A stretch of 63,544 nucleotides of DNA, the filler included, from Dirinaria sp. TL-2023a (lineage: Eukaryota), in assembly GCA_051941275.1 (NCBI GenBank). It is 4 parts of 4 records of this genome, joined end to end, with 100 filler letters (N's around TTAATTAATTAA, not from the genome) between each part and the next. Parts side by side here need not be neighbours in the genome. Positions count along the whole stretch, not along the records: positions 47,769 to 63,544 come from JAVEBF010000527.1; 3 more parts are not named here. One strand, written 5' to 3'. Of the stretch, positions 60,191 to 63,544 are shown in pieces. The notes under the pieces were generated by a model. That model saw nothing but the letters and a program-made list of their open reading frames with translations. It did no database searches and was not told the DNA's origin. Position 1 is the first letter of the stretch, and every line of letters starts with the position of its first letter. The position numbers and the translations under genes were made by a program.

Positions 60191-62673
60191 ATGATGCACC
60201 TTCAGGTGCTCATCTTCATACAGGCTTTCCTTTTCCTTCTTCCCGTCGATGGATCCGTCCTACTCCAAAGTCGACAGGGCCGTAGTCCAGATCCTTGCGG
60301 CCCTCTTGTTCAACCCCAGGCTGGACAACCGGACAACAGCTGTGCCAATTCTAAAATTCCCCCGCAGCCAGTTCCTCGACCTGGAATTTATGCATGTTAC
60401 CTCGACAACAATCCCTCTGTCTCCGGGTCCCCAGACGCAACTTCGGCCTGGGCCCAGTCATGCAAAACCAGTATACACGACCTTTGTCTCACGATCGGTA
60501 GCAACAGTGCAGCTATGTGGGTCGCAAATGCCGATGGTACAAGCTGTAGGGCGTTGGCTTGGATACCTCCTCTCAACACCGGCGCATTGCTCCCAACTAC
60601 AGATCATTGTATCAACGATATCATGTTCCCCATGCTGGCGATGCTAAGCAATAGCTCCAATAAGGGGGTCAACCGGGCGAGCGTGAACATTCCTCTGGGT
60701 AATTTTCCTCAAGGATATAACAGGGGTTCTCAGATTGATTCGGGTTATGCATCGTGGATAATTCAATTGTAGGCGCTTATACCCATTGCTCTTACAGAAC
60801 CATATTGACAGATACTAGCAACAGTAATCAGGTAGGCCAGATACTACCACAATATCGCTCGACAAGCAAAAAGCATACCACAACAAGCAAGCCTGCTCCT
60901 CCGCCTCCGTCGGCTAGTAAACCCCGTGTGACTACAACAAGCAAGCCTGCTCCTCCGCCTCCGCCGGTTAGTAAACCCCGTGTGACTACCACAAGTAAAC
61001 CTCCTGCGCCAAAGCCTTCAGGAGATACTGGCGCCAATCCAAAGAATACTACAACGCCAGCGCCAGCAGTGCCTGGAAGTGGCTCGCCGGCTGTTAAACC
61101 TGGTGGAAGTACCACGAGTAGACCTGCGGGGAGACTCTCTGCAATTGATGATGCGAACCCAAAGAACACTACAACCCCAGCAGTTCCTGGAAGTGGCTCG
61201 GCGGCTGATATTCTCCGTGTAACCACAACGAGTAAGCCACCTGCGAGGAAACCCTCCGGGGGTAGCCCAAGCCCGAAAAATACTACAACACCAGCAGTTC
61301 CTGGAAGTGGATCGGCGGCTGATATTTTCCGTGTAACCACTACGAGTAAGCCACCTGCGAGGAAACCCTCCGGCAACAGCCCAAAGCCAAAAACTACCAC
61401 CACAACATCGGCATTGCCTGGAACTGGCTCAGGAAATGGTTCTGGGCGCGTGCTGGGTCTAACACGAACCAACACGACTAGCACGCCAGACAACGGCCCG
61501 ACCACAGTACCGCCATTGAATCGTTCTCCGGATCGTGTAACAACCACTACTCCTGCCCCTAATGGCTCCGCCAATCCAAATGGAAATGGTACCTCCATCG
61601 GACCAAATCCCTCTAATCCGGGTACGAGCAACAGCACCGCTGAAAATAACGGTTTGGATGGCTCAGGGAACCCTCCTGCAAATGACACTTCTAATTCAAC
61701 TTCAACAAGTGTGCCGCCGCCAAATCGAATCTCAACGACAACACCACCCCCGCCAGTAGTAGCAAGTCATCCAAGAACAACCACTACTCCCATAAGTGCG
61801 CCTCGACCGGCAGGATCCAACAGTCCTATATCCACGGGCCAACCAGAAAATAACCCTCCGCCAACCACAACGACCCCAGCCATCCCGATACCCCAACCTG
61901 TAACAACGCCGATTCCTCCAGCGAACGGGCGTACTTCGACCAGTACAACCACGACCAACGCACCGGTCGGCTCAGGATCGGGTTCATCGGGTTCATCAGA
62001 CTCGTCAGGCTCGTCAGGTTCATCAGGTTCGTCAGGATCGTCAGGATCGGGCTCATCAGGTTCATCAGGCTCGTCGGGTTCATCGGGCTCGTCAGGTTCA
62101 TCAGGTTCATCAGGATCGTCAGGATCAGGCTCTTCGGGCTCATCAGGCTCATCAGGCTCGTCAGGCTCATCAGGCTCATCAGGCTCGTCAGGATCGTCAG
62201 GTTCATCTGGTTCATCAGGATCGTCAGGATCGTCAGGATCGTCAGGCTCGTTAGGATCGTCAGGATCGGGCTCATCAGGTTCATCGGGTTCATCGGGTTC
62301 ATCGGGTTCATCGGGCTCGTCAGGATCGTCAGGATCGTCAGGATCAGGCTCATCAGGCTTGTCGGGTTCATCAGACTCGTCAGGCTCGTCAGGCTCGTCA
62401 GGATCGTCAGGATCGTCAGGATCGGGCTCATCAGGTTCATCAGGATCGTCAGGCTCGTCAGATTCATCGGGTTCATCGGGTTCATCAGGCTCGTCAGGAT
62501 CGTCAGGTTCATCAGGCTCGTCAGGCTCATCGGAGTCCTATGGCTGCGGCGGGCTATGGTACCAATGCGGCGGGGCATCATACAACGGCCCGGGATGCTG
62601 CCGCGACGGCTTGAAATGCACGTACGTGAGTTATTGGTACTGGCAATGCCAGAACCCGACCTCGAATTCTTGA
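60191..62673 (+). CDS. Secreted multidomain protein: Cys-rich N-domain + Pro/Thr/Ser/Gly stalk + C-terminal CBM1 cellulose-binding module
   Basis: Signal peptide MMHLQVLIFIQAFLFLLPVDG. GTAGGC...TTGAC...TAG intron 60769-60818 joins the two ORFs in frame. C-terminus CGGLWYQCGGASYNGPGCCRDGLKCTYVSYWYWQC matches CBM1. Confidence 0.75.
61970..62531 (+). repeat. Coding minisatellite, 9-bp unit (GGNTCRTCR) encoding (GSS)n
   Basis: About 560 bp of degenerate 9-mers. Variation is almost all synonymous, with occasional GS inserts and D/L substitutions. Confidence 0.95.
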
Positions 62674-63544
62674 AGGAAAAAAAAAAAAAAAAAATCGAGC
62701 CACACGGAGCCCCAAAAAAAAAAAGAGAGAAAAAAAAAGAAACCTATTGTACATATATGAAGGGATTTTTAGCGATGGGTGACTGATCATCCCATTCTTC
62801 TTCTCCAAGTGTGCCCCAAAAGATTACAAGCGAGGATAATTTGCGTTTGGCGTTCGCTTTCAAAATTCCCGTTCAAGAGCAGACGGGCGGGCGGGCGGTG
62901 CCAAAGTTTTTTTTTGCGCGCGCAGATTGTTTGCGAGATACCACGCCTCAGGACGCTGGGAAATGGCGCCTATGTATGGCTTGTAGAGAGAAGCGGAAGT
63001 CGTTTTTTTTTTTTTTTTTTTTTTTGTGCTTCAAGAGAGCCTATAGAAGAATTTTCTGCTACTAAACCACATCGGAGGATCGGTGACGGTTTTCGAAGGA
63101 TGGGATCGAGCGTGTGGGAAGTGGAGGAGGTTGGTTGATGTATATAGATATTTGTAGCGGTGATGAAGAAAGGAAGTTATATCTCTCGGATAGCGTGCTT
63201 TGTGAAATTCTGCCCAACCTCTTGGTCTTAATATATAATCTATAGCTCGTGCTATAAGAGTCGATCGACTTTCATTTTCCAAACATTCTCGTTACTCAAA
63301 AGCCATCTTCCCCTTGGGCCCCTTAGTTAAAAGACGGATGTCCTACCCTTTTTTAACATCAGTGCTCTGTTCCAACCCCCCACCGATCGTAACTTCCACA
63401 TCCAGCCAGCAAAGCGTCACAGAAGACCCTCGCTCCTTTATAAGCCCAAAGCCAAAAAAGGCTCCTTCTATAAACATAAATTTTCTCGCATGATTTTCGA
63501 CTTCGCTCAAACTCAGTATTCCATCCCCCTTGCCATGCTATATC

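Noticed and set aside
61970..62531. CRISPR-like periodicity
   Set aside because: 9-bp coding tandem repeat with no spacers, in eukaryotic context with no cas genes.
60828..62581. Long antisense ORFs (286 aa and 251 aa)
   Set aside because: Shadows of the low-complexity P/T and SSG coding repeats on the opposite strand.

Overview
Eukaryotic (filamentous ascomycete) DNA with intron-containing genes, not prokaryotic. A lichen-forming fungus is my inference from the gene-family flavour, not something the sequence proves. The window is four ~15.8 kb contigs (15838, 15838, 15792, 15776 bp) joined by artificial N44-TTAATTAATTAA-N44 spacers, so synteny across the gaps means nothing. Recognisable genes: two PTH11-like/rhodopsin-domain membrane proteins, two MFS transporters, a VOC/glyoxalase protein, EMG1/NEP1, a DUF4267 protein, a CorA-like protein, a SAM methyltransferase divergent from a phenol-2-monooxygenase-like gene, a GMC oxidoreductase, an Srs2/UvrD helicase, a ferric reductase and a CDF metal transporter. 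Most interesting are (i) a spliced ~810-aa secreted protein that links an uncharacterised Cys-rich domain to a C-terminal CBM1 through a ~570-aa Pro/Thr/(SSG)n stalk, (ii) small secreted 4-Cys proteins, including a tandem pair with identical intron positions and a two-domain polyprotein, (iii) convergent genes with overlapping stop codons, and (iv) a near-perfect TA-flanked MITE. Gene models were spliced by eye, so exon boundaries are approximate.
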